Origin: a virus
DNA: 64,000 nt
IMG/VR virus record: IMGVR_UViG_3300025097_002022
Span: 16,058 to 80,057 of that record
Strand: one strand, 5' to 3'
Part shown: piece after piece, positions 39,723 through 48,851 of the stretch
Numbering within the stretch: the first letter of the stretch is position 1
Layout: the number at the start of each line of letters is the position of its first letter
The notes under the pieces: generated by a model
Told to the model about the DNA's origin: nothing
Databases searched by the model: none
Seen by the model: only the letters and a program-made list of their open reading frames with translations
Position numbers and translations under genes: made by a program

Positions 39723-42539
39723 ATGGCAGTCAAATCATTTAAGTTTATTTCACCGGGAATCTTTATCAACGAGATTGATAACTCCCAGTTACCTGCTCTT
39801 CCAGACGAGATAGGTCCAGTAGTCATCGGAAGAACCGAACGAGGACCAGCAATGCGTCCAGTTAAGGTTAGTTCATTTTCTGAGTTTGTCGAAGTCTTCG
39901 GCAATCCAATCCCTGGCGGACAAGGCGGCGATATCTGGCGCGATGGAAACTATACATCTCCAACATATGCTTCCTTTGCAGCACAAGCCTATCTCCGTAA
40001 CTCCAATTCAGTCACAATGGTTCGTCTCCTCGGAGCAGAACAGGATGGATTAGCAGACGGCGCTGCAGGAAAAGCAGGCTGGCAAACTTCTGGCTCAAAC
40101 ACCAATAGTGCAGCCTCAAACGGCGGCGCTTATGGACTCTTTGTGTTCAATTCCGCTTCTGCTGCAACTGCAGTAACCGGCGCACTTGCTGCTGTCTGGT
40201 ACATTAACGAGGGAACAATCGAGCTTTCTGGCACTCTTCGTGACGCAACGCTTAACTCTGGCTCTGCTGCTCTTTTTGATGTAAAGAGTTCTACTGACTA
40301 CAAGGCAATTATCAAAGACGAGAGTGGAAATAAAGTAAAAGAGACTTCCTTCAACTTTAGTCCGTCTTCTGCAAAATACATTCGAAAGGTTTTCAACACC
40401 AATCCAACATTGGTGAACACTTCCATCACTCAGACAGCGCAGCAAGAGAAGTATTGGCTCGGCGGAACTTTCGAGAGGCACTTGAATTCAGTTGTTTCTG
40501 GCGATTCATTCGCAACCATCCTCGGACTCGACAGCGGCTCTGGCGGGACCCAACAGAATTCTGCAAACTTCGAACAAGGCTTCCAAGCAGCCCAAACTCC
40601 TTGGATTATCTCACAGCACAATCAGTCTGCCTACTCCGGCTTCAGTGCATCAAGTATGCAGAAGCTATTCAAGTTCCACACACTTGACGCGGGTGAGGAC
40701 GAGATGAAGAAACTCAAAGTTTCAATCGCAGATGTCAAGGCTTCAACAAGTGACGCAGATCCTTATGGCTCATTCAGCGTCCTTGTTCGCGATGCCAGCG
40801 ACAGCGATACCGCCCCAGTCGTTTTGGAAAGGTTTAGTGCTGTGAACTTGAACCCTAACTCCTCTCGATACATCGGACGAGCAATTGGTGATCAATATCT
40901 CACCTGGAACGATACTTCAAGACGACATATCGTTCTTGGCAACTATCTCAATGCATCTAAGTTCATCCGAGTAGAAATGAATAGCGATGTCGATCAGGGT
41001 GTTACTGACGCCGCGCTCATCCCATTCGGCTCCTTCGGCCCAGTTCGTATGAAGCAATGGGAATACACCTCTGGTTCATTCGCAACGTTGCCTACCAACG
41101 CTTGGGCGCAAGGTGGATCTGCAAATATTCCATTAGCTCAATCCACTAACTTCATTGAATGTGGTGCGGAAGACTTTACAGGAAGGGTTCTTTATCCAGC
41201 GCTTTCTCTCCGAGTCAGTGCTTCCGATGGCGATATCCCAAATCCAAAGGACGCTTACTTCGGAGTTGATTCCACTCAAGCTACGAACAACAGACACGAA
41301 CAGAGTTATGGCGACATCGTTCGCATGCTCCCAGTAGCTGTTGATTCCTTCGCAACCACTAATTCAACCGAATACTCCTATGTCTTCACTCTTGATGACT
41401 TGAGTCCTTCAACAGTCGGCTCAGCAACCGCTGTAGCAGTCTGGGCTTCTGGTTCACGAGCAGCAGGTAATTCTTACACTGCAGTCAGCGGAACCTACGA
41501 AGAAGTTCTCAATCAAGGCTACGACAGATTCACCGTTCCTTTGAACGGCGGATTCGACGGACTTGACATTAAAGAGAAAGATCCATTCAACAACACTCGT
41601 GCCCTCGAAGGCACAGATTCGACTAGGTATGCTTACTATACCGTTCGCAGAGCAATCGACACTGTGGTTGACCCAGAAGTAATAGAGTACAATATTATGG
41701 CTGCACCCGGTATCTGGAAAGAGTCTCTCACTTCACACATGGTTGAAGTCTGCGAAGCTCGCGGCGACTCACTTGCAGTCATCGATTTGAAAACCGGCTA
41801 TGAGTCAGACTCCGAGGGAACAACGGCTGTAGCAGACAGACTCGGAAGCGTCTCCACTGCAATTTCTAACTTGAAGAGTCGCAGAATGAATTCCTCTTAC
41901 GGTTGTGCTTACTACCCTTGGATTCAAATCAACGATACTATCAGTGATAGTCTCTTGTGGGCACCACCTTCAATCGTTGCTCTTGGAACATTCTCAAGCT
42001 CACAGCGAAATAGTGAACTTTGGTTCGCCCCTGCGGGATTCACCCGTGGCGGACTTACCGAGGGTTCCGCTGGACTTCCAGTAATTCAAACTCGTGAGAG
42101 ATTGACTTCAAAGGATCGCGATGATCTTTACGAAGCAAATGTTAACCCAATTGCATCATTCCCAGCAGAGGGTATTGTAATCTTCGGACAGAAGACTCTA
42201 CAAGTAACTCCATCTGCTCTCGATAGAATTAACGTTCGTCGTCTGATGATTTATGTCAAGAAGGAAATCTCCCGAATGGCAGCAACTGTCCTCTTCGATC
42301 AGAACGTTGATGCGACTTGGAACAGGTTTACCTCACAAGCTGAGCCCTTCTTGAGAAGTGTTCAGGCAAGACTTGGACTCGAAGATTTCAAGATTGTCCT
42401 TGATGATACAACCACCACAGCAGACTTGATTGATCGGAATATTATGTATGCCAAGATCTTCCTCAAGCCAGCACGCTCAATCGAATTTATTGCACTTGAC
42501 TTTGTTATTACAAATAGTGGTGCTGGGTTCGAAGATTAA
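39723..42539 (+). CDS. Tail sheath protein (gp18-like)
   Basis: FISPGIFINEID, GRTERGP, YYPW, WFAPAGFTRG, GQKTLQ, DRINVRRL, PARSIEFI. Confidence 0.95.
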   Translation: MAVKSFKFISPGIFINEIDNSQLPALPDEIGPVVIGRTERGPAMRPVKVSSFSEFVEVFGNPIPGGQGGDIWRDGNYTSPTYASFAAQAYLRNSNSVTMVRLLGAEQDGLADGAAGKAGWQTSGSNTNSAASNGGAYGLFVFNSASAATAVTGALAAVWYINEGTIELSGTLRDATLNSGSAALFDVKSSTDYKAIIKDESGNKVKETSFNFSPSSAKYIRKVFNTNPTLVNTSITQTAQQEKYWLGGTFERHLNSVVSGDSFATILGLDSGSGGTQQNSANFEQGFQAAQTPWIISQHNQSAYSGFSASSMQKLFKFHTLDAGEDEMKKLKVSIADVKASTSDADPYGSFSVLVRDASDSDTAPVVLERFSAVNLNPNSSRYIGRAIGDQYLTWNDTSRRHIVLGNYLNASKFIRVEMNSDVDQGVTDAALIPFGSFGPVRMKQWEYTSGSFATLPTNAWAQGGSANIPLAQSTNFIECGAEDFTGRVLYPALSLRVSASDGDIPNPKDAYFGVDSTQATNNRHEQSYGDIVRMLPVAVDSFATTNSTEYSYVFTLDDLSPSTVGSATAVAVWASGSRAAGNSYTAVSGTYEEVLNQGYDRFTVPLNGGFDGLDIKEKDPFNNTRALEGTDSTRYAYYTVRRAIDTVVDPEVIEYNIMAAPGIWKESLTSHMVEVCEARGDSLAVIDLKTGYESDSEGTTAVADRLGSVSTAISNLKSRRMNSSYGCAYYPWIQINDTISDSLLWAPPSIVALGTFSSSQRNSELWFAPAGFTRGGLTEGSAGLPVIQTRERLTSKDRDDLYEANVNPIASFPAEGIVIFGQKTLQVTPSALDRINVRRLMIYVKKEISRMAATVLFDQNVDATWNRFTSQAEPFLRSVQARLGLEDFKIVLDDTTTTADLIDRNIMYAKIFLKPARSIEFIALDFVITNSGAGFED

Positions 42540-42584
42540 TAATTAGATGACTATTTACTATAGCATCAACAGGAGAAATAAGTA

Positions 42585-43130
42585 ATGAGTTTTTGGTCAG
42601 ACAGAAATTTTGAACCCAAAAGACAGTTTAGATTTAAAGTGGAGTTCACGCCATTAAAGGGAGAAACATTATCTTTTCTTGCGAAGTCTGTGGATCGTCC
42701 ATCTTATACTGTTGGTTCAACCCCACACGCATTCTTCAACCACACTTTCCATTTCCCCGGAAGAGTGACTTGGAATACGATAAGTCTCACTCTTGTTGAT
42801 GCGGTAACTCCAGATGCATCAAGGACGTTGATGGATTACTTGGCGAATATTGGTTATGCAGATCCTACTTCAACGGCAGCGACTCCAAACTCAAAAGATG
42901 GGCAAACAATTACAAAACAAACTGCCACAAACTCTCTTGGAACCATCAAAATCATCGAATACGGAACTGAAGAGAAAACAGGAAGTAAGGCAAAAGCACA
43001 CGGAACTTGGGAATTAAAGAATGCATTTATCACAGATGCAGCATTCGGAAGCCTATCTTATGACTCTGAGGAGTTGGTAGATATCACTTTAACTCTTCAA
43101 TACGATTGGGCAACTTATTCAAGCAGATAA
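42585..43130 (+). CDS. Tail tube protein (gp19-like)
   Basis: EPKRQFRF, FPGRVTWNTI, ITLTLQYDWA; follows the sheath gene. Confidence 0.85.
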   Translation: MSFWSDRNFEPKRQFRFKVEFTPLKGETLSFLAKSVDRPSYTVGSTPHAFFNHTFHFPGRVTWNTISLTLVDAVTPDASRTLMDYLANIGYADPTSTAATPNSKDGQTITKQTATNSLGTIKIIEYGTEEKTGSKAKAHGTWELKNAFITDAAFGSLSYDSEELVDITLTLQYDWATYSSR

Positions 43131-43140
43131 GAAAGTATCA

Positions 43141-43169
43141 TTTAACTTTCCCCAGCATCATGCTATAAT
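43141..43169 (+). promoter_or_regulatory. Extended -10 sigma70-type promoter (TGcTATAAT)
   Basis: TATAAT at 43164-43169 with TG extension; weak -35. Confidence 0.55.
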
Positions 43170-43206
43170 AAAGACATCCACAACACAAACCACACTTGAG
43201 GTGTAA

Positions 43207-44064
43207 ATGTCGAGAAATAAAGGACGCACGAAGTCTTCTTCCCCTGCGCCAGCACAAGCAGTCAAACAGACTGCTCCCACGTCACATGGACTATCTTATG
43301 TGACGCCCACGGAGTTCGTTGAACTTCCTTCACGAGGACAGTTCTATCCCCCAGAACATCCTCTTCATAATCAGGAGACAATCGAACTCCGATTCATGAC
43401 AGCAAAGGACGAGGACATTCTAACCTCTCCCTCCTTGCTCAAGAACGGATTAGCAATTGATCGTCTTGTGTCAAACTTAATTGTCGATTCAGACATTCAT
43501 ACCGATGACTTGCTCATTGGAGATAAGAATGCTCTCCTACTTGCAGCCCGAGTATCTGGATATGGTGCAGAGTATGTTGTTCAAATATCCTGCCCATCCT
43601 GTGGCGCTCGAAATGAACACACTTTTGATCTTGCGAACTTCGAGAACAATGAAGGCATCCACCCTGACGATGATTCTGAAGCTGATGTGTCTATAACTGA
43701 CAGAGGGACTTTCACTGCAAAGCTTCCCCGCTCCGGCTACACAGCGGAGTTCCGCCTACTAACGAGCGCAGATGAGACTTATCTCGAAAAAGCAACAACT
43801 AAGCTCAAGAAGCTTAATCTCCCAGATGCAACTTCAACGAATTTGCTTAAGCTCTTGATAGTCACGATAAATGGAGTTGACAATACCAACGAGGTTAGTG
43901 CCTTTGTGGACAACATGCCTGCACAAGATGCTCGCTTCCTGAGATCTTGCGTTCAGGTAGTTACTCCAAATGTTGACATGACTCAGGCTTGTGAGTGCTC
44001 AAGTTGCGGAACTGTATCCGACACGGAGGTGCCGTTTACTTCGGAGTTTTTTTGGCCTGAGTGA
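43207..44064 (+). CDS. Baseplate hub/tail assembly chaperone (T4 gp26-like)
   Basis: VELPSRG, MTAKDEDIL, two CxxC (CPSC, CSSC), ends FFWPE. Confidence 0.7.
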   Translation: MSRNKGRTKSSSPAPAQAVKQTAPTSHGLSYVTPTEFVELPSRGQFYPPEHPLHNQETIELRFMTAKDEDILTSPSLLKNGLAIDRLVSNLIVDSDIHTDDLLIGDKNALLLAARVSGYGAEYVVQISCPSCGARNEHTFDLANFENNEGIHPDDDSEADVSITDRGTFTAKLPRSGYTAEFRLLTSADETYLEKATTKLKKLNLPDATSTNLLKLLIVTINGVDNTNEVSAFVDNMPAQDARFLRSCVQVVTPNVDMTQACECSSCGTVSDTEVPFTSEFFWPE

Positions 44065-44071
44065 TGAATAT

Positions 44072-44242
44072 ATGAAGAACGTCTATGAACAGTTCTTCTA
44101 TCTCAAGCATCACGGAGGATGGAGCTTCATCGAGGCTTATAATCTTCCAGTTGCCTTGCGAAATTGGTTCGTGAGGAGATTATCAAAACAATTTGAAGAC
44201 GAGCAGAAAGCAATGGACGATGCCAATAAGAAGGGCAGATAA
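44072..44242 (+). CDS. Short chaperone partner; possibly the frameshift extension of the gp26-like gene
   Basis: YEQFFYLKHHGGWSFIEAYNLPVALRNWFVRRL; frame open back across the T7 run at 44047. Confidence 0.65.
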   Translation: MKNVYEQFFYLKHHGGWSFIEAYNLPVALRNWFVRRLSKQFEDEQKAMDDANKKGR

Positions 44243-44245
44243 ATT

Positions 44246-44273
44246 AGACGGGCAAAAAGCCCGTTTTCTTTTT
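44246..44273 (+). terminator. Rho-independent terminator
   Basis: agacgggc-aaaaa-gcccgttt followed by tcttttt. Confidence 0.75.
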
Positions 44274-44319
44274 ATGTGAGACTATTTATAACGAGACAGT
44301 TTTATGCGGAGAATACATT

Positions 44320-44652
44320 ATGAACAAAGATAACGACTTAATTTCAATTGATATCAATCTGAACGTCAAAGAAGAAGGCACTCTAAACGAGAGTTGGCTT
44401 GCAATGTTCGGCGGAGCAATTGAAACCATCATGGGAGGAATGTTTGGAGGATCAAGCATTCCCGTGAACGTAAGGGGAACCAGAAAGCAGGTTGACTCTT
44501 TTCAGAAGACACTTGGAAGCGAGGCGAGATATCTGAAAGCGATGAAGCGCCACGGATTAAAAGATCCGAGAGTCCTTATGGACAAAACGAAATTGGACAG
44601 AGCAATCAGAAACTTCGAGTCAGAGACAGGCATCGTTTGGCCATTCAAGTAG
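44320..44652 (+). CDS. Hypothetical tail-region protein
   Basis: Late motif at 44280 and GGAG SD. Confidence 0.6.
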   Translation: MNKDNDLISIDINLNVKEEGTLNESWLAMFGGAIETIMGGMFGGSSIPVNVRGTRKQVDSFQKTLGSEARYLKAMKRHGLKDPRVLMDKTKLDRAIRNFESETGIVWPFK

Positions 44653-44665
44653 GGGGTAGCTAAGA

Positions 44666-46906
44666 GTGGCAAAAAAGACACCAGCAGAATGGAAAGAAGA
44701 GATAGATAATCTCAAAGCCCAAGCTGACGCACTAAAGGTTCTTGAAGGAGAAACTCAGAAGTATTATGAACTTGAGGTAAAGCTTGCGAACGCTATCGCC
44801 GAAAGAGCCAAGGCAACCAAAAATTATGTCCACGGCGCTGAGACATATGAAAATAACATTAAGGGCGCCACCGCTGCTCTAGAGGAGCACACTGAAGCCA
44901 CAACCGCCGCAGAAAAAGCCGGTAAAGACTTCGACAACGCACTCAAGAAATCAATTAAAACCCTCACAGGGATAACCGACGCATCCGACACCCTTGTTGG
45001 CTCTTTTCACAAGATGGCAACGGGACAAAAAAACCTTGCCGGTGTTGTTGACAAAGTTAAAGAGAGTTTTGATGACGCACTGTCAGGTCAAAAAATTGGT
45101 ATCTCTATAGCTCAAAAGTTTACGGAAGGAACATTCGCGCTCGCCAAAGCAAACGACTCCGCTGCTGCGTCGTTCAATAAAGCAACGGGAGCCGGAGGAA
45201 GATTCAATAGTCAGATATTCGAATTAGAAAAACAAAACAGGAAGTTCGGAATCGGGGCAGCAGACTCCGCAGCGGCAATTGGGGATCTTCTTCAAGGACT
45301 GTCTGGCTTCGGGCTAATGGCGAGAGACACACAAATGGCTTTGGCAGATGAAGTTGCCGAATTGGAACGCCTTGGAGCCTCCGGTGGTGATGTGACTGGA
45401 GTTTTTCAAACGGCTACCAAAGCTTTCGGACTGAACACCGCCGCCGCAAAGAAATTAACAACTCAAGCAGAACAGCTTGGGCAAGAACTCGGAATCACCA
45501 CAGCGCAAGCAATCGGTGACTTGAATAGCACAATGCCGCACCTCGCTAACTTGACAGGAAATCAGGTTGCACCAGCATTTAAGAGACTTTCGGAACAGGC
45601 AATAGAAACAGGCATGTCAATCGATACGCTAACAGGTATCTCAGATCGCTTTATGACATTCGAAACCGCCTCCACAGCGGCTGGTAATCTAAACGCCGTC
45701 CTCGGCACACAGATGTTTGATACAATGGGACTGCTTGAGGCTCAACTCGAAGGTCCACAAGCTTTCATTGATAAGCTTAGAGCAGATCTTCAAGCATCTG
45801 TTGGAGATTTTGACTCACTAAACGTCTATCAGAAGCAATCAATCGCGAATGCTTCGGGAATGAGCACACTAGAGCTTAGCAAGTTAATGAATGCCAAAAA
45901 ATTGACAGCGGAAGAGAAGAAGCAAGCAGAGTCAAGAAAGAAGAATCTCAAAGCAACAATGGATTTAATGGCTGAGCTTAAAGCACTCGGAGCAGAACTA
46001 ACTGTTGCATTCGCGCCTGTCATCAAAGGACTTAAAAATGTTCTCAGTAAAATAGCACAACTCGTTGAAGGATCCGGCAAGCTGGGAGACAAGTTGGGAA
46101 TTGGATCAAACCTTGGAAAGATAGGCGGTGCAGGTGCCGCAGCGTTTCTCGCAACCAAGGCGAAAGATAAGATATCCGGCGCTTTGGGCTTCGCTTCCGG
46201 CAAGCTTGGCACCAAGAAAAACCCAATGTATATACAAGATGTGAACGACAAAAACAACAACAACAACAACAATTCGATTAAAGACAAGCTTATGAGCAAA
46301 GCAGGGAAGTGGTTTGGGAAAACTAAGTTGGGAAAAAAGGCTTCAGGACTGAAAGGCTTCCTTGGTAGAAAAATGGGAGGGGCACTGGGTGGTGGAATGC
46401 TCGGAGGTATGGCGAGAAAGTTTGGGGGAAAGGGACTCCTCAAAGGCTTGGCTCGATTTGGTGGAAAGAGCGCCTTGCGCTTTGTCCCAGGGGTTGGGCA
46501 GGCAATGATGGCATATGACGCCCTCAGTCTTGCCAAAAGGGGATTAACCGGAAAAGGCATGCCAGGAGCAATGTTTCATGACGGAACAAATAGCACTCCC
46601 GAAGGACCAATCATCGCTGGCGATGATCCGGGCAATCCCCGCGCAAAACCAGAGATGATTGTGCCGCCACCCGGCTCTGCAGTCATAAACAATAGCACAA
46701 TGACAAAACTCGCCAAGCAAGGCGGAGGAAACAATGCAGCAGTTGTTGCAGCAGTCCAAGCCCTCGGTGCCAAGATGGATCAAATGACGGCGGCAACCAA
46801 AGAGAATTCTGGAGACACGGTATTGGAGGTTGATAAGCGAGTATTCGCAAAACTGTCGAATGGATACTTCCAGCGAGGCGGAAGTTTCCCAGTAAGGGGA
46901 GTATGA
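44666..46906 (+). CDS. Tape measure protein
   Basis: Ala/Gly/Lys-rich helical protein after tube and chaperones; C-terminal FHDG...PEMIVP motif. Confidence 0.75.
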   Translation: MAKKTPAEWKEEIDNLKAQADALKVLEGETQKYYELEVKLANAIAERAKATKNYVHGAETYENNIKGATAALEEHTEATTAAEKAGKDFDNALKKSIKTLTGITDASDTLVGSFHKMATGQKNLAGVVDKVKESFDDALSGQKIGISIAQKFTEGTFALAKANDSAAASFNKATGAGGRFNSQIFELEKQNRKFGIGAADSAAAIGDLLQGLSGFGLMARDTQMALADEVAELERLGASGGDVTGVFQTATKAFGLNTAAAKKLTTQAEQLGQELGITTAQAIGDLNSTMPHLANLTGNQVAPAFKRLSEQAIETGMSIDTLTGISDRFMTFETASTAAGNLNAVLGTQMFDTMGLLEAQLEGPQAFIDKLRADLQASVGDFDSLNVYQKQSIANASGMSTLELSKLMNAKKLTAEEKKQAESRKKNLKATMDLMAELKALGAELTVAFAPVIKGLKNVLSKIAQLVEGSGKLGDKLGIGSNLGKIGGAGAAAFLATKAKDKISGALGFASGKLGTKKNPMYIQDVNDKNNNNNNNSIKDKLMSKAGKWFGKTKLGKKASGLKGFLGRKMGGALGGGMLGGMARKFGGKGLLKGLARFGGKSALRFVPGVGQAMMAYDALSLAKRGLTGKGMPGAMFHDGTNSTPEGPIIAGDDPGNPRAKPEMIVPPPGSAVINNSTMTKLAKQGGGNNAAVVAAVQALGAKMDQMTAATKENSGDTVLEVDKRVFAKLSNGYFQRGGSFPVRGV
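46253..46270 (+). repeat. (AAC)6 microsatellite encoding poly-Asn in the tape measure protein
   Basis: aacaacaacaacaacaac followed by aat. Confidence 0.85.
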
Positions 46907-46909
46907 TAA

Positions 46910-47509
46910 GTGGCGAACCCTGAAATCGTTAGAAGAGGAATCTTCGCTGACACATATTCTATTGGCGGATTTGCTGCCAATAGAAACTACATCTTAACCT
47001 TCAAGCATGACGCAACCGAACATTCCGTTTCTTTTCCTTCAAATATTCAGACATTTAGTGATAGCCACTCTGCCGTAGCTTCCGAGAAAATGTTTGCAGG
47101 AAGAATGGACCCTCTCATTCAACAAGCATCAACGGGAAGAAAAATCAGCTTTAGTTTCGAAGTTTTAAACTCATCCGTTGAGGAAGCGAGATATAATGAG
47201 CAAAGCATTAATCTGCTTCTGCAGATGATGTATCCGGCATTAAATACAGAGGGGGGAGTAGAAGCTGGCTCCTATCTTGAGATAAGTGGACTTACTTTCC
47301 TAAGAGACACCGATAACAAAAGATCAACAACCTGCTTAGTAAATCAAATAAATTATAATCTAAATGTCGATAAAGGATTCATAACCCCAGAATCTGGAGA
47401 ATTGCATCCGATTAGCATAACTATAGATATCAGCGCTACTGCAATTATTCCAACCACTCGCCACGACGCGGACAACCCGATTCCATCCTCCTATCCGAGG
47501 TATAGATAA
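46910..47509 (+). CDS. Baseplate/tube-initiator-like protein
   Basis: FSDSH..., GRMDP....STGRKISFSF, MYP; follows the tape measure gene. Confidence 0.55.
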   Translation: MANPEIVRRGIFADTYSIGGFAANRNYILTFKHDATEHSVSFPSNIQTFSDSHSAVASEKMFAGRMDPLIQQASTGRKISFSFEVLNSSVEEARYNEQSINLLLQMMYPALNTEGGVEAGSYLEISGLTFLRDTDNKRSTTCLVNQINYNLNVDKGFITPESGELHPISITIDISATAIIPTTRHDADNPIPSSYPRYR

Positions 47510-48466
47510 GTGGGATATCAATTTTCAGATATTAAACGCCTCGGAGATAATTTCTATTTTCCGTTAGGCGTGAGGGATATCTCAAAAGAAAGGAAGTTCA
47601 GTCCATTCTCAAGATATGTGTTTCTAAAATCTTATACGGAAGAGTTTAGTGCAGTTTGGAAAATCCCCGCCACCTCTTTCGGTCGCCTAAATTCAGATTT
47701 CAGATATAGTTCCACAAATAGAAAGGCGTCTATGTCATTTGCCCTCCCTGCTAAAAATGTTGCAGAGGCAAAACAAAATCTGGATTTTTGCACTAAACTG
47801 GCACAAATGACATATGGAAACTATTCAGAATCAGGAGAAGAGGACACAGTCCTCGGAGATAAGAGATATCGTTTTGATGGAGCAAAGTTGTCAACCAAAG
47901 TAAAATTTGGAAACTTAATAAGAGATGAGCTTTGTTTTTTCTCCGAATTCTCATTTTCTCCAAACTTTGAATCAGGCGTATTTGAATATGGTGGAAAAGA
48001 CATAAGCGTCTTTTCTGATATGAGGGTTGGCGAATTTCAGGAAAAAGCCTTCAGCCTCGGCACCGGACCAAATGCTTTAATACAGGAGGATGGATTTGTC
48101 TATCATGACGATTATGGTAACGTGTATCCGAAAGAGATAAATGTCACGATATCAATGATTATTGTTCATGATTATCCTCTTGGCTTCGGCGGACACCTTC
48201 GCGGTGAGAAGTACAAATTAAGATGGGCACAGAATAAGAATAAAGACTGGCCACATGGAACAGGTAAAGCTTACAAGGTTCCAAAATACATTGAAAGTAC
48301 TGCCGTCAATTTACCATCAAGCAACGTTCACTATGCGACAGCGCCTGAAGGTGGGAACGACTCTGCGAAGAAAAAAGAGCGAATGCTATTGAAAAGCCTT
48401 AGAGAACAGTTGGAAAAGTCTGGATTTGTCATTGACGAAAACGGAGTCCCTAAGAAGAGAGAATAA
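47510..48466 (+). CDS. Baseplate/tube-initiator-like protein (paralog of 46910)
   Basis: FGR......STNRKASMSFALPA..V.EAK.N pattern similar to the upstream gene. Confidence 0.5.
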   Translation: MGYQFSDIKRLGDNFYFPLGVRDISKERKFSPFSRYVFLKSYTEEFSAVWKIPATSFGRLNSDFRYSSTNRKASMSFALPAKNVAEAKQNLDFCTKLAQMTYGNYSESGEEDTVLGDKRYRFDGAKLSTKVKFGNLIRDELCFFSEFSFSPNFESGVFEYGGKDISVFSDMRVGEFQEKAFSLGTGPNALIQEDGFVYHDDYGNVYPKEINVTISMIIVHDYPLGFGGHLRGEKYKLRWAQNKNKDWPHGTGKAYKVPKYIESTAVNLPSSNVHYATAPEGGNDSAKKKERMLLKSLREQLEKSGFVIDENGVPKKRE

Positions 48467-48497
48467 ATCAAGTTCAAAACTATTTATAGGTAAGACA

Positions 48498-48842
48498 ATG
48501 GCATATTTAGACACAGCGGCAAGAAAACGGAGATTTGTATTTTTAAACAGTCGAGAAAAATACGAGGATATCTTACGTCGAAAAAGAATAAGGAGCATAA
48601 AACAATACTCCACAATATCTTTCAACATCTCTTCTTTGGAAAACTCGAACACCATCAAGGAAGTTGTCCACATTTGGAAGACAGGCGATAGATATTATAA
48701 GCTCGCCAATAGATATTATGGACGACCGAATTTGTGGTGGGTAATAGCTCTATATAATAAAAAACCAACAGAAGGGCATTTGAGAAGAGGGGATATCTTG
48801 CGAATTCCCGCTCCAATCGACATTGTTCTTTACTATCTATGA
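48498..48842 (+). CDS. LysM-like baseplate wedge protein (gp53-like)
   Basis: HIWKTGDRYYKLANRYYGRPNLWWVIALYN...GDILRIP. Confidence 0.75.
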   Translation: MAYLDTAARKRRFVFLNSREKYEDILRRKRIRSIKQYSTISFNISSLENSNTIKEVVHIWKTGDRYYKLANRYYGRPNLWWVIALYNKKPTEGHLRRGDILRIPAPIDIVLYYL

Positions 48843-48851
48843 GAAATAAAA

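Noticed and set aside
45829-46560. 243-aa minus-strand ORF
   Set aside because: Antisense shadow of the Gly/Lys-rich tape measure region; Pro/Phe/Leu composition mirrors the sense codons. The same applies to the other minus-strand ORFs in the track.
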